A stretch of DNA of 64,000 bases. Source: Moniliella sp. 'wahieum'. Taxonomy: Eukaryota. The notes beneath the pieces were generated by a model. It did not search any database. It was not told where the DNA came from and was given only the letters and a program-made list of their open reading frames with translations. This document shows positions 49,929-62,047 of this stretch, piece by piece. The position numbers and the translations under genes are program-made. Location of the stretch: the NCBI GenBank assembly GCA_003971905.1, contig RSEE01000055.1:310001-374000 (forward strand), given 5' to 3'. Numbering within the stretch: position 1 is the first letter of the stretch; the number at the start of each line of letters is the position of its first letter.

Positions 49929-50627
49929 GGTGGGAGCCCGCAAGGAGGAGGTGGTGGTGGTTGCTCGACGGGCGCCGCCGCCGCATCCTCGCCCAATTCG
50001 CTTCGATCGGGGAGACCAACGCCTTAAGCTCCAGGCACGCGAAAGCACGCCAGGGCTGACGTAACCCGGGTTCCATTGGCTTCAGCCGAACGTTTGAAAT
50101 CGCACTTTGAACATTGCACACCCTGCCCTGGGCGCTGCGATGCGGCTGCCATGTGAAAGGTTCAGGGGCGGCTTTCAAATTTCAATTTGAAAGTGCAGCA
50201 GGGACGGAATATCAAATTTCATGTTCACCGATCATCCCAGCCGCTGGGGGGGGTACTGCGGAGCTCTCCTCCTCTCTTGAGATCTTGAGACGAGACCTAT
50301 ACCTGCCTGGTAGAACGGCCCGGTGAAAGCAAGCACGCCTACCTCCACCCTGCCAGAGCCATCCGGGAGATCCAGCACGATGCATACTTGGACTATTGGT
50401 GCACATTCAAACCAACGAGAGGCACCACGGGCAAGGGACAAAACCATCAGCCTCTCGATACGAAAAATATATAAGTTGAAGGTTACCCCACGGATGCGAT
50501 GCTACCGGGCACATGCCAACAACGCCAACGCTTCGTCCAGCGGCCACAATGGCTTGGTCTGCTCCGGACAGAGCACATACATGAGGTACTCCATCGCCCA
50601 TGGGAGGGTGGATTTTGCGCACCACAT

Positions 50628-51229
50628 TTAATAGCTCATGAAGCCAAGGATGAGCGAAGCAAATTGCGTATTTTGCGTTCGCAACGTGTACGGCAAGTCA
50701 GACGTATCTTCTCGGCTACTGTCCACCCCCCCGTTTTGCGGTGGGTCAGCTTGTACTGGTATCCACTCCAAAATCGCTGGCGGTACAGCGACGGTGCGGA
50801 CTACTTCCCCTGTGCCCAGTGACGGCCTTGGTCCCGTTCTGAACAAGACGAGTGGCGGCGCTGTCCGCCGCACCGCCTCTGGGTCAGAGAAGCTGGTGCA
50901 CAGAGGATCTGGTGCAATGGTTAATGCGCGCAGGAACGCTCGCTGTTCGTATTCGACCGAGCTCACACTGGGCTATTTGTACCCCCATGGCGCTTTTGGA
51001 CAGCTTGAGTGGGGCTAGGTAGATTACGGGCGCGATGGCCCCGGGCTTGGGTTTGCCGAGGTTAGGGTGTTTGGGGTGCTTGTGGTGCTTGGTGGAATGT
51101 GGGCGTTGTGAGGGGGCAAACCGTGTCTCCCTTCTGATCACACACAGCTTGGCGCGTGGGTGCGTGGATGAGGGGACAATGGCGGTGGCGGTGAAGGCGG
51201 AGACGGAAGGGGAGGGGTAAGTGGACCAT
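50628..51229 (-). CDS. Possible orphan, perhaps secreted, protein (frameshifted)
   Basis: GCCCATGG start context followed after a shift by SVSAFTATAIVP and a His/Lys/Pro-rich stretch; overlapping 85- and 112-aa ORFs; no recognised domain. Confidence 0.25.
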
Positions 51230-51639
51230 GGGCGTGGATAGGATGGATATCAAGAAACGGGAGATGTGCTTGGAACACCGTTTGGCTACTGTGCGGCCAC
51301 ATGGGGGTCCCTAGTGCGGGGCCTTGCAGGTCAGTAAACAGCAGGCAGGTGATTACGTCGTTGATATCAAGCGGCTGTCCACGTGATCCTTCCGTTGCTG
51401 TCCGGCCGAGCGGGGTGCGATGTTCGCGGCACCGTTGGGCCTACAGGGGGAAGAGCAGTGTGAAAGGCGCGACAGAGAGCCGATGGATGGAACGATGGAT
51501 TGATTGTTCATGCGAATCAAGTAGCCCCATCCGGCCCAGGCCTCCCCGGCAGCTGCTCCGGAGCCTGGTGGCCTTACCTAAGATCCCAGCCGGCGCTTCC
51601 GACGGCATGGCAGCCCGAGCAGCTCGAGCGGGATGGCTG

Positions 51640-51701
51640 GGAGGATGGAGGATGGAGGATGGAGGATGGAGGATGGAGGATGGAGGATGGAGGATGGAGG
51701 A
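51640..51701. repeat. (GGAGGAT)8+ heptamer tandem repeat
   Basis: Perfect repeat, direct reading. Confidence 0.95.
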
Positions 51702-52474
51702 GGTGAGATGGGAGAAGGGAATGGGGACACGCGACTGAGTGTCACACGTGTCACATGTCAGTACTCACTAGCTACGCACCACAGCGCAGCCAGAGCGGAC
51801 TCGGAGCTCGCAGGCCGCAAGCGTGCTCCACCGCACACACTGGCTGTGCAGGCGGGGCGTGCGTGCATGACGTCGGCCAGCAGCACGCAGCGGGTGGGGC
51901 AGTGTGGGGGCTGTGCTGGCGCCTGCTGTGCTGCGTGTGCCTTGCAGCGAGCGCAGCTGTCGGTGTGAAGCAGCCGCCGATGATGCATGATGCATGCATG
52001 AATCGGTGGCCGGCGAGGGCGGCAGGGCGGCCGGGGGGCACTGTCGCTGCGGGTTGCGCTCGCACTGTTTTGCTTTCGCCGTCGGCAGCCCAGGCGGTAC
52101 AAAGCTCACAGGGCTCAAAGGGCGCACATGGCACACGCCGCCACGAGCCACTGCGCCTCGGCCCGAGTTCACGCACCGGTCAGCTGACCAGCCTCCGCTT
52201 GAAACGTCACCCATCCCCATCTGCCCCTGCCAGCCAGCCTGCCAGGCGGGAGGCCCGGCACCCACGGCGGAGCGCTTCGCCTCGTGCTCGTCTGCCGCGC
52301 CTGCTCTCCCACCACTCCCCCCCATGCTCATCCCCGCTGCCACGCCCACCCCCGCGTGGCGCGCCGCGCCAATGCGACCGCCGCCTCGCTTTCCTCGCCT
52401 CCACGCCAGCCAGAGCGCCAGTGCCAGCCGTGCCATCGCCTCCCTCTCCTCCTCGCCGCTTCGGCCACCAGCGC

Positions 52475-54438
52475 ATGAGCAGCGAAAGCTCCCTTGCCTC
52501 GGGCCAGAAACCCAACCCATCCAGTTTCAAGGTCGTCGGGGTTCTGCTCGCGGTGCTCTCGGGCGTGTTATGGCTCCTCCTTTGTCATCAAGAAGAAGGG
52601 CCTGCTGGCTCCCAGGCAAGTACCACACGTGCCTGGCGAAGGCGTCAAGTACCTTCGCTCTGTACTCTGGGGACCGGGATGACGGTCATGATCCTGGGCG
52701 AGGCATGCAACTTGGTCGCCTACTCGTTGCCGAACCACTCGCCGTCACACCCAGGGTGCGCTCTCGGTCGTCATCTCGGCATCTGTCCCACTTTGTGCTC
52801 AAGGAGCGATTGACGCTCTTTGGGGGCTAGGGTGGCTCTGTGTGGGCTAGGTGCTGCCATCATCGGTCTCAATGGCGGCGAGGGCTCGTCCGGCAACATT
52901 CGGGCGTGTTGAAAAATTGTTTATCGCGCCGGGCTTCCTTGCATGGCTGGGCGTGTGCATTGTGGTGGCGATTGTGCTGGCAGTGTATGCCATGCCCGCT
53001 GGGGCAAAAAGTACATGCTCATCCCCATTTCCATCTGCTCCACCATTGGTGGCTTGAGCGTGACGATGACCTCAGGAGTTGGCGCGTCGATTGTTTTGTC
53101 GATCCGCGAGGGAGAACCAGGTGACGTACTGGTTCTTTTGGCTCTGGTCGTGTTCACGGCCATCACGTTGGTGGGGAGATTCTCTACCTCAACAAAGCGC
53201 TCGAGGTGCACAGTACGGCCATGGTCACGGCCACGTACTACGTTTTGTTACGAGCGAGCTTGGTCAGCACCATTGTGCTCAACAAGGGCATGAACGCCCA
53301 GCCGAGCCAGATTGTCTTCTCGTGCTCGCCTTCATTGTCACGTGCATTGGCATCTGTGTCCTCCAACTCAGCAAGATCGACCCGACCGATTTGGAGAAAG
53401 AGTCTGGGGTGGACCGGAGAGTTCGATGCTGCTCAAGGCGTCCCGTTCCTACGTTCGGCCCTCGGAGAGCGCGGGCGCCGCGAGGCAGAAAAGAGCGAGA
53501 TCGAAGAGGAACTGGGATGGAGACGTTGATGCCCGGGTGGGTATGGGCGTGGTGGGCTCCATCCTTCGTGCCCGTTCTAGCCGCTCTCGTCGGCGGCAAG
53601 CAGACGTGGGGGACGTGACCGACTCGGCGATTGGCCGACCAGCTGTTTTGGTACGGCGAGGAGTACTATGCGCTCCATCCGCAGGGCGACACGACCCGGC
53701 TGCACCTTGGAACCGGGACAGACACGATCCGAATCGTTGCCGGTTGAGACGGAGGATGGGACACGCAAGTACCGGTGTACGATGGGCCGGTCCAGCAGCG
53801 TCCGCTTCCTCCTCCAAGGGCATCCCACTTGGCCTTCGCTCTCCGCCCCCTTCGCGTCGCCAGGCGACTGCGATTTCCTGGGCCGCACCACCAGTCCTCG
53901 CGCGGACGATGAGCGAGCCGGCACGAGAAAATACAGGCGACTCGGCACTGGCACGTTTGCAAGGGATGCGGCTGGAAGGGTACGAGGAGGAAACTGTTCT
54001 GGGCGCTGGGACGCGCACCCTCGTGCCTTTGGCAAGGAAAAAGGTGCGGGCGGGAGGTAGACGAGGAAGAAGAAGAAGACGACGAAGGGGAGGAAGGGCT
54101 ATGTCTCAAGTACGAAGACCCTATGAAGCTCAGTCGCTCTACAGCCACGATCCGTCCCGTACAACGCCTCGCCTGCCGCCGAGGAAAAATACGGAGACGA
54201 CGATCCCTTTTCCGACATGCACGAGCCAAGGGACATTGCGTTGCGCGGCTTGGCTGGCGAACGGCACTTGACCCCGCCACTGACCCAACACGTCTCCATC
54301 CACTCGGTCAGCCTGAGGAAGGATACCTCTCTGCCACCTCCGCACCTCCGCCACGGCGCCTACGACCCCATCACCTGCACCCCCGCCCAACCCGTGATCT
54401 TGATTCCCCTGCTCTCCACACACTCTCCCCGCCGTTAA
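52475..54438 (+). CDS. NIPA/DUF803 magnesium transporter (heavily frameshifted)
   Basis: FKVVGVLLAVLSGVL..SSFVIKKKGLL, GEGVKYLRSVLW.TGMTVMILGEACNLVAYS, WGKKYMLIPISICSTIGGLSV, GICVLQLSKIDP. Confidence 0.88.
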
Positions 54439-54849
54439 CTCGTTGCTACGCTACTTTGCACTCGGATGGACATTTCCCCCACCTTTCCTCTCCTGCTGGC
54501 CATTTGCTCCTTGTCATACGATTCGAACGATCTCTTCATTTGACATACCATACACCATACACCATACGCCATGGTCCATGGTCCTTGCTTGATTCATGTC
54601 AATTGGAGTTGTGGTCCGATCAGTAGCACTGGTTGTATTTTCCCGCTCTTTCCTTTGTAATGTTGCAAAGGCACGACGGATTGGGTTGGTTCCAAGCCCA
54701 ATTCCCAATCCCTCGATGTGGAAACATCGAACACGACACGCTGGGTCCAAGGGCAATTAGATAGATGGCTAGCGGTTTGCAAGTCCCCCCGCCCACCAAA
54801 CCACTAAAACCACCAAACCAAACAAACAAAAAAGACAAAAAGAACCGAT

Positions 54850-54936
54850 TGGACGAATAGGGAATCGAACCCCAGACCTACACAGACACGCACAGAACAT
54901 GCGAAGCGTGCGCTCTACCAACTGAGCTATCCGCCC
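54850..54936 (-). tRNA. tRNA-Ala(CGC) with 14 extra nucleotides (7 + 7) around the 3' anticodon-stem strand
   Basis: GGGCGGA TA GCTC AGTTGGTA GAGC G CACGC TT CGC A ... AGGTC TGGGGTTCGATTCCCTA TTCGTCC A; G3:U70 alanine identity pair present. Confidence 0.88.
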
Positions 54937-55421
54937 TGACTGCGTTTATTATCTCCTGAGTGCATACTTGGTATGCCTGGGGTTAAGCGTTATGGTTGCA
55001 TGCAGCGTTCACCTCGATTCGAGACTCGCGCTCCGCTCCCCGCTAGCCACTACGATTCAATCATCCTGCCGGATTGCAACCAGTCGAATTGCCAATTTAC
55101 GCTAGCTAGTCGTTTGCTACGTTCGCCTTCCGTCGCTTGTGCACCTAACAGTCAAGAGGGCAAGATCAAATCGATTCGGGCGCATGGCCTGAGAAACAAA
55201 GTAGGACCGATCCCAGAACAAGGCCACCGGCCCCAAGGGCGGGCACAACGGGACAGAACTTGGTAGCAAAGCGAAGCAAAGCAAAGCCAAAGCCGTGGCG
55301 GGCACAGCAACATTTTTGGGGGCACGGTCCACAGGCAACCGAGCCAACAGACACACGAACACAAACACAAACACAACCAAAACCAAAACGAATCAAAATG
55401 CACACAGGCACACAACTCAAC

Positions 55422-56687
55422 TCAGTTGAGCGAGGAGAGGGAGGCCGAGGCCGAGATCGATGCCAGCTCGACCTCCAGCTCCAACTCCATCGCTTCGAGG
55501 CGACGCTTGAGCTGTACATCTTGAGACAAGCGCTCCTTTTCCTGACGCAGTTGCGACATCTCCTCAGCCTTACGAAGACGCGACTGACGCGCGGCCACCG
55601 TGTTCTTGTGCCGCTTGGCGAGCATGGATTTGCACACTCGAGTCCCCTCGTCATCCTCCACCTTGGGCAGCTCACGACGCGAGGTGGCACTCGGGGTACG
55701 GTAGGTGCGCTTCTGCACGGGCGCATCGAGGGGGAGCAGGTCGGACGCCTCGAGCACGACGCTGCGCTTGGTCGGGCCCGTGCTTGAGCATTCCGTCGCC
55801 GGTTGAAAGTGAAGTGCGGGAACGGCCAGATTCACTTGCAGGAGGCAACGCAGAGGCAACCAGTGGCGTTTGACTGGGAGACACCTCACGGGGAGAAATC
55901 GAGCCGGCGCGAGATGGGCGTTGCGCCGGCACCGCCATGGAAAGGCGTCTGCATTTGGGTTTGCTCAAGAGCGCTTGCTTGAGTAAGAATCTGAAGCAGA
56001 GCCGCGGGTGACGCGTCGTCTACCAGACACGGGGGTTCCGGCGCGGCGCAGGGTAAACGCCGCCGAGTTGCGCGGGGGAAAACGCAAGCTCCATTGGAAG
56101 CCCATTGGACGATCCTGACCCGCCGTTGGGGCGGGGAGGGTGTCGACGAGAATGCCCGGGTTGGACTTGAGGTTGCGGGAAAGCAAAGTCTCAAAGTCGG
56201 GCATACCAGTCGAGGCGAGGAAGTCGTCTTCCTCCACCGTGGTGGCATAGCCATCGTCACCCGCATCAACGGCGTCGGAATCCAACAGGCCGGCAAGGCC
56301 AGCCGAGTTGGGACCGAAAAGAGACGCAATATCCACTCCAGCGTCGGTCGGAAACATGGTAGGTTCAATCATAGCTGGAACGACACGGGAAAGTCAGTGT
56401 TGCTCGAGGCGTACGGCAGGCAGCGACATACACATGGTAGAGTTCAAAGAGATCATAAAGGGGTCGGCTTGGGCGGGAAATGCAAAGCGGACGGCAGTCA
56501 AGTGGGCGCGGGGGGCGGACTGCAGGGGAGTGGGGGCACTCAGTGGGTTGGGGGTTGGGAGAGGGAGAAGTCGAGAGGCTCGGAAGACAGGGGAGGCGAG
56601 GTAAGGGCTGCTGGGATCTTCAAGCGCAGGGCTGGCAAGGAGGGGGCATGGTGCCGGGAGGGCCGCAGGGGCGAGGGGAGACAACAT
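55422..56687 (-). CDS. GCN4: GCN4/CPC1-type bZIP transcription factor; intron 56375-56431; frameshifted; start uncertain
   Basis: LLPLDAPVQKRTYRTPSATSRRELP then basic region AKRHKNTVAARQSRLRK and leucine zipper; acidic/aromatic activation region; upstream short uORF. Confidence 0.82.
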
Positions 56688-56809
56688 GGTGGGAGGGGAG
56701 GGGGTGCAGAGACAACTAGGTTGGTGACAGCACAACTTGGGGAGCCAAATTGTACGTGTGGGCGGATGCAGGGGGATACGCCGGAGTGGTGGTCGGGGGA
56801 CCGGATCGC

Positions 56810-56827
56810 TTAAGCGGAGAACGCCAT
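56810..56827 (-). promoter_or_regulatory. Short upstream ORF (MAFSA*) in the GCN4/CPC1 leader
   Basis: CCCCATGGCGTTCTCCGCTTAA, about 90 nt downstream of TATAAAAG (56917-56924). Confidence 0.75.
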
Positions 56828-57376
56828 GGGGGGCAGATGCGGGCGGGGGGTCTGGGCTGTTCTGGGGGGGCTGGGGGGGGTGGGGGCGGAAAGGCGGCAG
56901 GCGGCGCGCCCGCTGCCTTTTATACCGCCGCCCTTGCACGGCGTTGCGCACGCCACACTGCGCTCATGCCTGCCTGCGCGCGCGCACCCAGGCCGCCTCC
57001 CCCGGCAGACGGGCATGTTGCCGTTTTGCTGCGGCCGGCGCCGTGCTCGCCCACCCCCCCGCCGGTCGGGCTGGGGCACACGGCCAGTGTGCTACGTAAG
57101 CATGCCGAGTCGAGTCATCGAGCCAACTCAGCAAGCCAACTTGAACATTTGCTGGCCTTTCACTTTCACTCTCCCTTGCATGCGGGCGGGATTGAACATT
57201 GAATATTGAACGTTGAACTGCACATTGCCCGCTGGGTGCCGGCGCCACGAGTGCGCTTGCACCGACCCACCCGCCGCTGGGTTCTGGGCAATTTTTTGGT
57301 CTTTTTGGGCACTCTATACCAGCGTGGGAATCCATAGCCAGCGCCGCCGCCTGGGCCTGCGTCTACACTTCCGTCT

Positions 57377-59847
57377 ATGCCTCCGCCTGTCCCCAACCCG
57401 CCAGCGAGGCAACCGCCTTTCTCCAGCGCCTCCAGACCGCCCTTGTGCCCGTCACGCGCGCGGCCAGTGCGCTTCCTAATGCGCGTGACTGGGCCTTTCA
57501 CCTCGTCCTCGACCGTCCCTCGCCCGCACAGTCGATGCGCAGGCGGCCCGCGTGCTGGCCACAGCAGACCGCCTGCTCGATTGGGTCGCTGCATCAGCCG
57601 CCGGCCCCGCCCCCAATCTGCCCTTCGCCCCGCACTCGACTTGCGACCGAACCCTCTCGTGGATGCTGATCAGGTGTCCGCCGACCAGTTCTCTGCCACG
57701 CTAGGCGACGCCATCGACCATTTACTCTATCAGGCCGACACGTTGCTGGCTGAACACCAAAATTCCCACCATCTCCTTCCACGTCCCGATCAGCCGAGCG
57801 GCGCATCCCTCAATTCCGCCTAGCGGCTCTTCGATGCGGGACAAGAATATGCCCTTGCCCCCACATTTTGCGTGCGTCCATCGAGCCTCTGCCCCAACGA
57901 GCATACACCGAAACCAAGCCCGACAACCGGGCGGGCGTTCCATGGTCTCGCCCGTTGCGCTTTGGCAAGCCCAACGCCCGTGAACCTCCGGACGGATGGG
58001 TGCCACCTTGTCCGTTGATGCTCGTGACCTCTCCCCGACGGCCGCAGGATGGGCACCTACACCGAGGAGGATGATCCTCGCAAGAATCCTTACTATTATG
58101 AGATAGTCACATCTACCCCTCCCGAGCACGCCTTTGTCTTCCCGCCTCCCCCGACGATTTGGTACGAAGGAATCTTCAGAGGAGAAAATCGACACCCAAC
58201 CCGCGGATGGGATCGTGGAACAACCTTCCCCTCCTTCGCCAGAATCGAGAGGACGAATGATCGTGCCTACTCCTCTTACGTTTGATAATGCCAACGGACT
58301 GGCTGGCGTGCCATTTACTTGGATTGACTCGAAAGTAGGAATCGAGGCGTTGCTCTCCCACCTGTCTGATCCACGAGTGAAGGAAATTGCTGTGGATCTT
58401 GAACACCACAACCTCCACTCGTTCCAGGCCTGAGTGTCTCATGCAGATCAGCACACGCTGGACGACTTTATCGTTGCACTCTTGCGGAGGAGGTGCGGGT
58501 CCACGCCGAAAAGCTCAATCAGGTTTTTACCGACCCAACAAAGTCAAGGTCCTGCATGGTGCCGACGCAGACGTGCTCTGGCTTCAGAGAGATTTGGGAC
58601 TCTACCTCGTTGGCCTGTTCGATACGTACCACGCTGCTACCCGACTCAGCTTCCCGCAGCGTGGGCTCGCTTACCTTCTTTCCCGCTACGTTGACTTGAC
58701 GCTGACAAGCGCTTTCAACTGGCCGATTGGCGGATTCGCCCTCTTCCGATCGAGATGCTGTTCTATGCTCGTAGTGATACCCACCATCTGCTCTATGTGT
58801 ACGACCGACTGCGCGCGGAACTTTATGCCCAGGGAGGCAGGGAGGCCATCATGCTGTCTTTGTCCGGTCCCAAACGGTCGAAGCCAAGGTCTATGTCAAG
58901 CCTGAATGGAACGAAGATGGATCGGGGAGCGGACAGTTGGATCTCCTTCTTCCGACGCTTCTCGCGCCAATTTTCTGCTCCGCGTTTCTCTAACTCGGAC
59001 CCATCCGAGGTGCAGACACAAGAAGTGTGGTACATGCTCAAGCGCATGCTCTTTTACGCGAACTGCACCGCTGGCGTGACTCGGTTGCCCGGATCGAAGA
59101 TGACGGAGCTCGGTAGGTCACACATCTCGTCTCATCTGCCTTGCTCGTGTCTGGTACTAATGTACGAACTTGACTGCAGGTACGTGTTGGGCGGCCATCT
59201 ATTACTTCAGCTCGTTCAAATGGCACCCACTACCTCGTCCGAGGTTACCAATGCATTGATGGGGAAGATGCCCCCCCTAGTGCGCAAGTACAGGGACGAC
59301 ATTGCAGCCGTGCTGGCTGCAGCCATTCAGCGGTGGGAGGCCGCCGTCCAAAAGGCCAGCTCGGTCATCGATGGCCAACGGCCCAAATTGACTGAGGCAG
59401 TCCTAGTGGTCCGAGATGACCTCAATCTCCCACCTTCGTTGGTCGCTGGCATCCTTGCCGGCATCAAGGAAGACACGTTGGTCTCCGCTCCGGCCCCTAC
59501 CTCGGGGGGGTACCCCTCCACCCTTGGCCCGACTCTGTCTGCTGCTCAGCAGGCCGACGCGCGCTCCGCTCCCCACACCAGCGGAGGTCAGCCAGGGCCT
59601 CCCGAGTTGGGTTCCCCCCCCACGCAAAGACCCGCCTTCTTCTCCTGCTGCCACGCTCGCGACCGCCTTGCCCGGTAGCTCGGGCGATCAGGTACCCGTG
59701 ATGAGGTCAAGCAGACAACCGGAGCACGAAGCGCCAGGGAGATCCTGTCCCGCTTACCACGTCGATCTCTCATTCGGAAGGGAGAAAGCGACCCAAAGTG
59801 GATTCCGTCCTGGGCAAACCGTCGCGCAAGCGTCACCCGAGGCTTAA
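57377..59847 (+). CDS. RRP6: Exosome-associated 3'-5' exonuclease Rrp6/EXOSC10 (frameshifted; intron ~59113-59179)
   Basis: IAVDLEHHNLHSFQ..CLMQISTR; KVLHGADADVLWLQRDLGLYLVGLFDTYHA; MLFYARSDTHHLLYVYDRLR; HRDC-like region. Confidence 0.93.
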
Positions 59848-60427
59848 CGGGCGCCATCTTCCTCCCATGTGGTTCAGCCCGTCCGTTCATACATCTAATA
59901 TCCATCCAGGTTTATGCATTCCTGCATCGTATAGGTCTGTGCGAGTATACAACAATTCCTCCTCATTTTGGCTATAGAGAGGGGGGGGGGGGTTGCAGTT
60001 GAAATGAGGGGTGGCACGTCTTCTTCTCGCGTTGATTGGAGGGAGCCTCAGATGTAACTAGTTGGTGGGATCGGGGTGGTTGAGGGAAGGTACGGGGGAG
60101 GGAAGGGATGAGGATGTCAAAAAAGACCATGATAACGCCGATCAGGTCGATAATGTGCGTCCTTTTGTTGGCTCGGGGTTAATCGGTTAATCGCTACCGG
60201 AAAAAACGTGCGCCACGACGTTGCAGCCAGCACGCCATCATATTGTCGTCAGCAAGTTCTCTCGGCCTCCACATAATGGTATCAAGCTAGCACTAACATA
60301 GGCAAGGTAAACTACTACTAATCCTCAGTACCCGCGACTCGTTGCCCCCGTCTCTCGCTTCGCTACCATCACTGCCGTCCCACCCCCCATTCCACCGCTA
60401 CGTGCCCAGCACCTCAATCCAGCGCCC

Positions 60428-60860
60428 ATGTCCCAGTTTCCAAAGGCAAGCGAGAGCGAGTGGCGTGCGCAGTTGAGCCCGCCCAGTTCCGCATCCTACG
60501 TGACAAAGGCACGGAGCGTCCGGGAACGGGCGCGTACAATGACTTTTACCACGAGGGTATCTACACGTGTGCAGGGTGCCACACTCCACTGTACACGTCT
60601 ACAACCAAGTTTGACGCTGGCTGTGGCTGGCCTGCGTTTTTGACGCCCTTCCCGGCACGATTGATCGGCATGTGGACACGAGCTTGAACCGGCACCGAAT
60701 TGAGATTACTTGTCGCAACTGTGGGGGTCATTTGGGCCATGTGTTCCAAGGCGAGGGGTTTCCTACTCCTACCGACCAACGCCATTGCGTCAACTCCATC
60801 GCTTTGAACTTCTCCCCCGCCGAGTCGGACGCGCTCCACGAAGCGGTGGCCAAGGCCTAG
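60428..60860 (+). CDS. MXR2: Peptide-methionine (R)-S-oxide reductase MsrB/SelR (Cys type), frameshifted
   Basis: [70 protein letters not shown]. Confidence 0.94.
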
Positions 60861-61921
60861 CCACACACCCACTTGCAGTGGTTTTCACTATCATGCGTTT
60901 CTTACACTGGAGTGTGCCCGCGGAGTACGCATCTGTCTGCGCCTCTTTCCTCTGCATTATTTGCCTTCGAATCATCGCTATGGTGATAGGCTATAGGATG
61001 GGCATTCATCCGACTTCTGGCCTCCGTACCCACCCCACCCACAATCGATGCCATCAGTACGGCTTGAGGCAACGAGTCGGCTTGTATTGGGCCACCACTT
61101 TGTATCCTATAGTTCACATTGTTCTAGCTCGTAGAACAGCTAATTCGTCCCGCTTCTTATTGGTTCGTTGGAACTTGTACTAGAGCCCTTCCAGATCGGG
61201 CTTCTTCTGTTCTTGTTTTGCGCTCCTCGAGCCCCCCCCCCCCACACACGATTTCTTGTTTGATGACCTTGTTCTGTCTTGCTGGCCGGCCTCCCTTCTG
61301 CTCGCGCTATGCACCCCCCGGGGGAAGGGGGGGAGGGAAGTCCGATCCGAGTTTGGGCTATAAAGAGAGTGGCGAGAACGCCGGGAAGCGGAAGCGTACC
61401 ACAATCTCGGTGTATATAGTAATGGCGGCTCAACGCACATGTATGCATCTATTCTCAGGCCTACTCCTCAGGCCGCAACCGCGTAGTAACCACTTGTTGG
61501 TTATACTACGACGGTGGCCAGGCGTTGGACATGCAACAGCACACCCCTTCGTTGCACCACACCTGCGCTGCTGAATATATGCCTCGGCTTGGGCATGTCG
61601 ATAACCCTTCTGCGTCGCAAGCATCCACAGGCCTACTATTGTCGGCAGACATATGGAAGCTTGAGCTAGTAGCACCGTACCGCCGTTTCCCAGGGAGGAT
61701 TCTGGGATAGTACGGCGGGAATCAGGCATGCAGCCGCTGTAGTCGCATGTATAGTACCGAATGTGGCCATTTGCCGAGTCGGGACACTGGGATCCGAGAG
61801 CCACGGCGAGCGTGCGAGCCCGACCAGCCACGGGCAGGGACTCCCTCAATCAACCCCGTTCCCCCGCTGGGTATCCATTACGTGTTCTGGTCCTGCCCTC
61901 CCACCTCCCACTCCCGCCCGA

Positions 61922-61999
61922 CCACCGACATCTGTCCACCGACATCTGTCCACCGACATCTGTCCACCGACATCCAGTGTCCACCGACATCTGTCCACC
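61922..61999. repeat. 14-nt minisatellite (CCACCGACATCTGT) x ~5, one 17-nt variant unit
   Basis: Direct reading. Confidence 0.92.
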
Positions 62000-62047
62000 C
62001 ATCTTGCTGCAGCCATCGCCCCGTGCCGACGAGCGTTGTTGAGCAAC

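Noticed and set aside
60780..60800. Selenocysteine in MsrB
   Set aside because: The catalytic codon is TGC (RHCVNS); there is no in-frame TGA
61922..61999. CRISPR-like array, here and at 19872-19975
   Set aside because: Head-to-tail minisatellites without unique spacers; no cas genes; eukaryotic context
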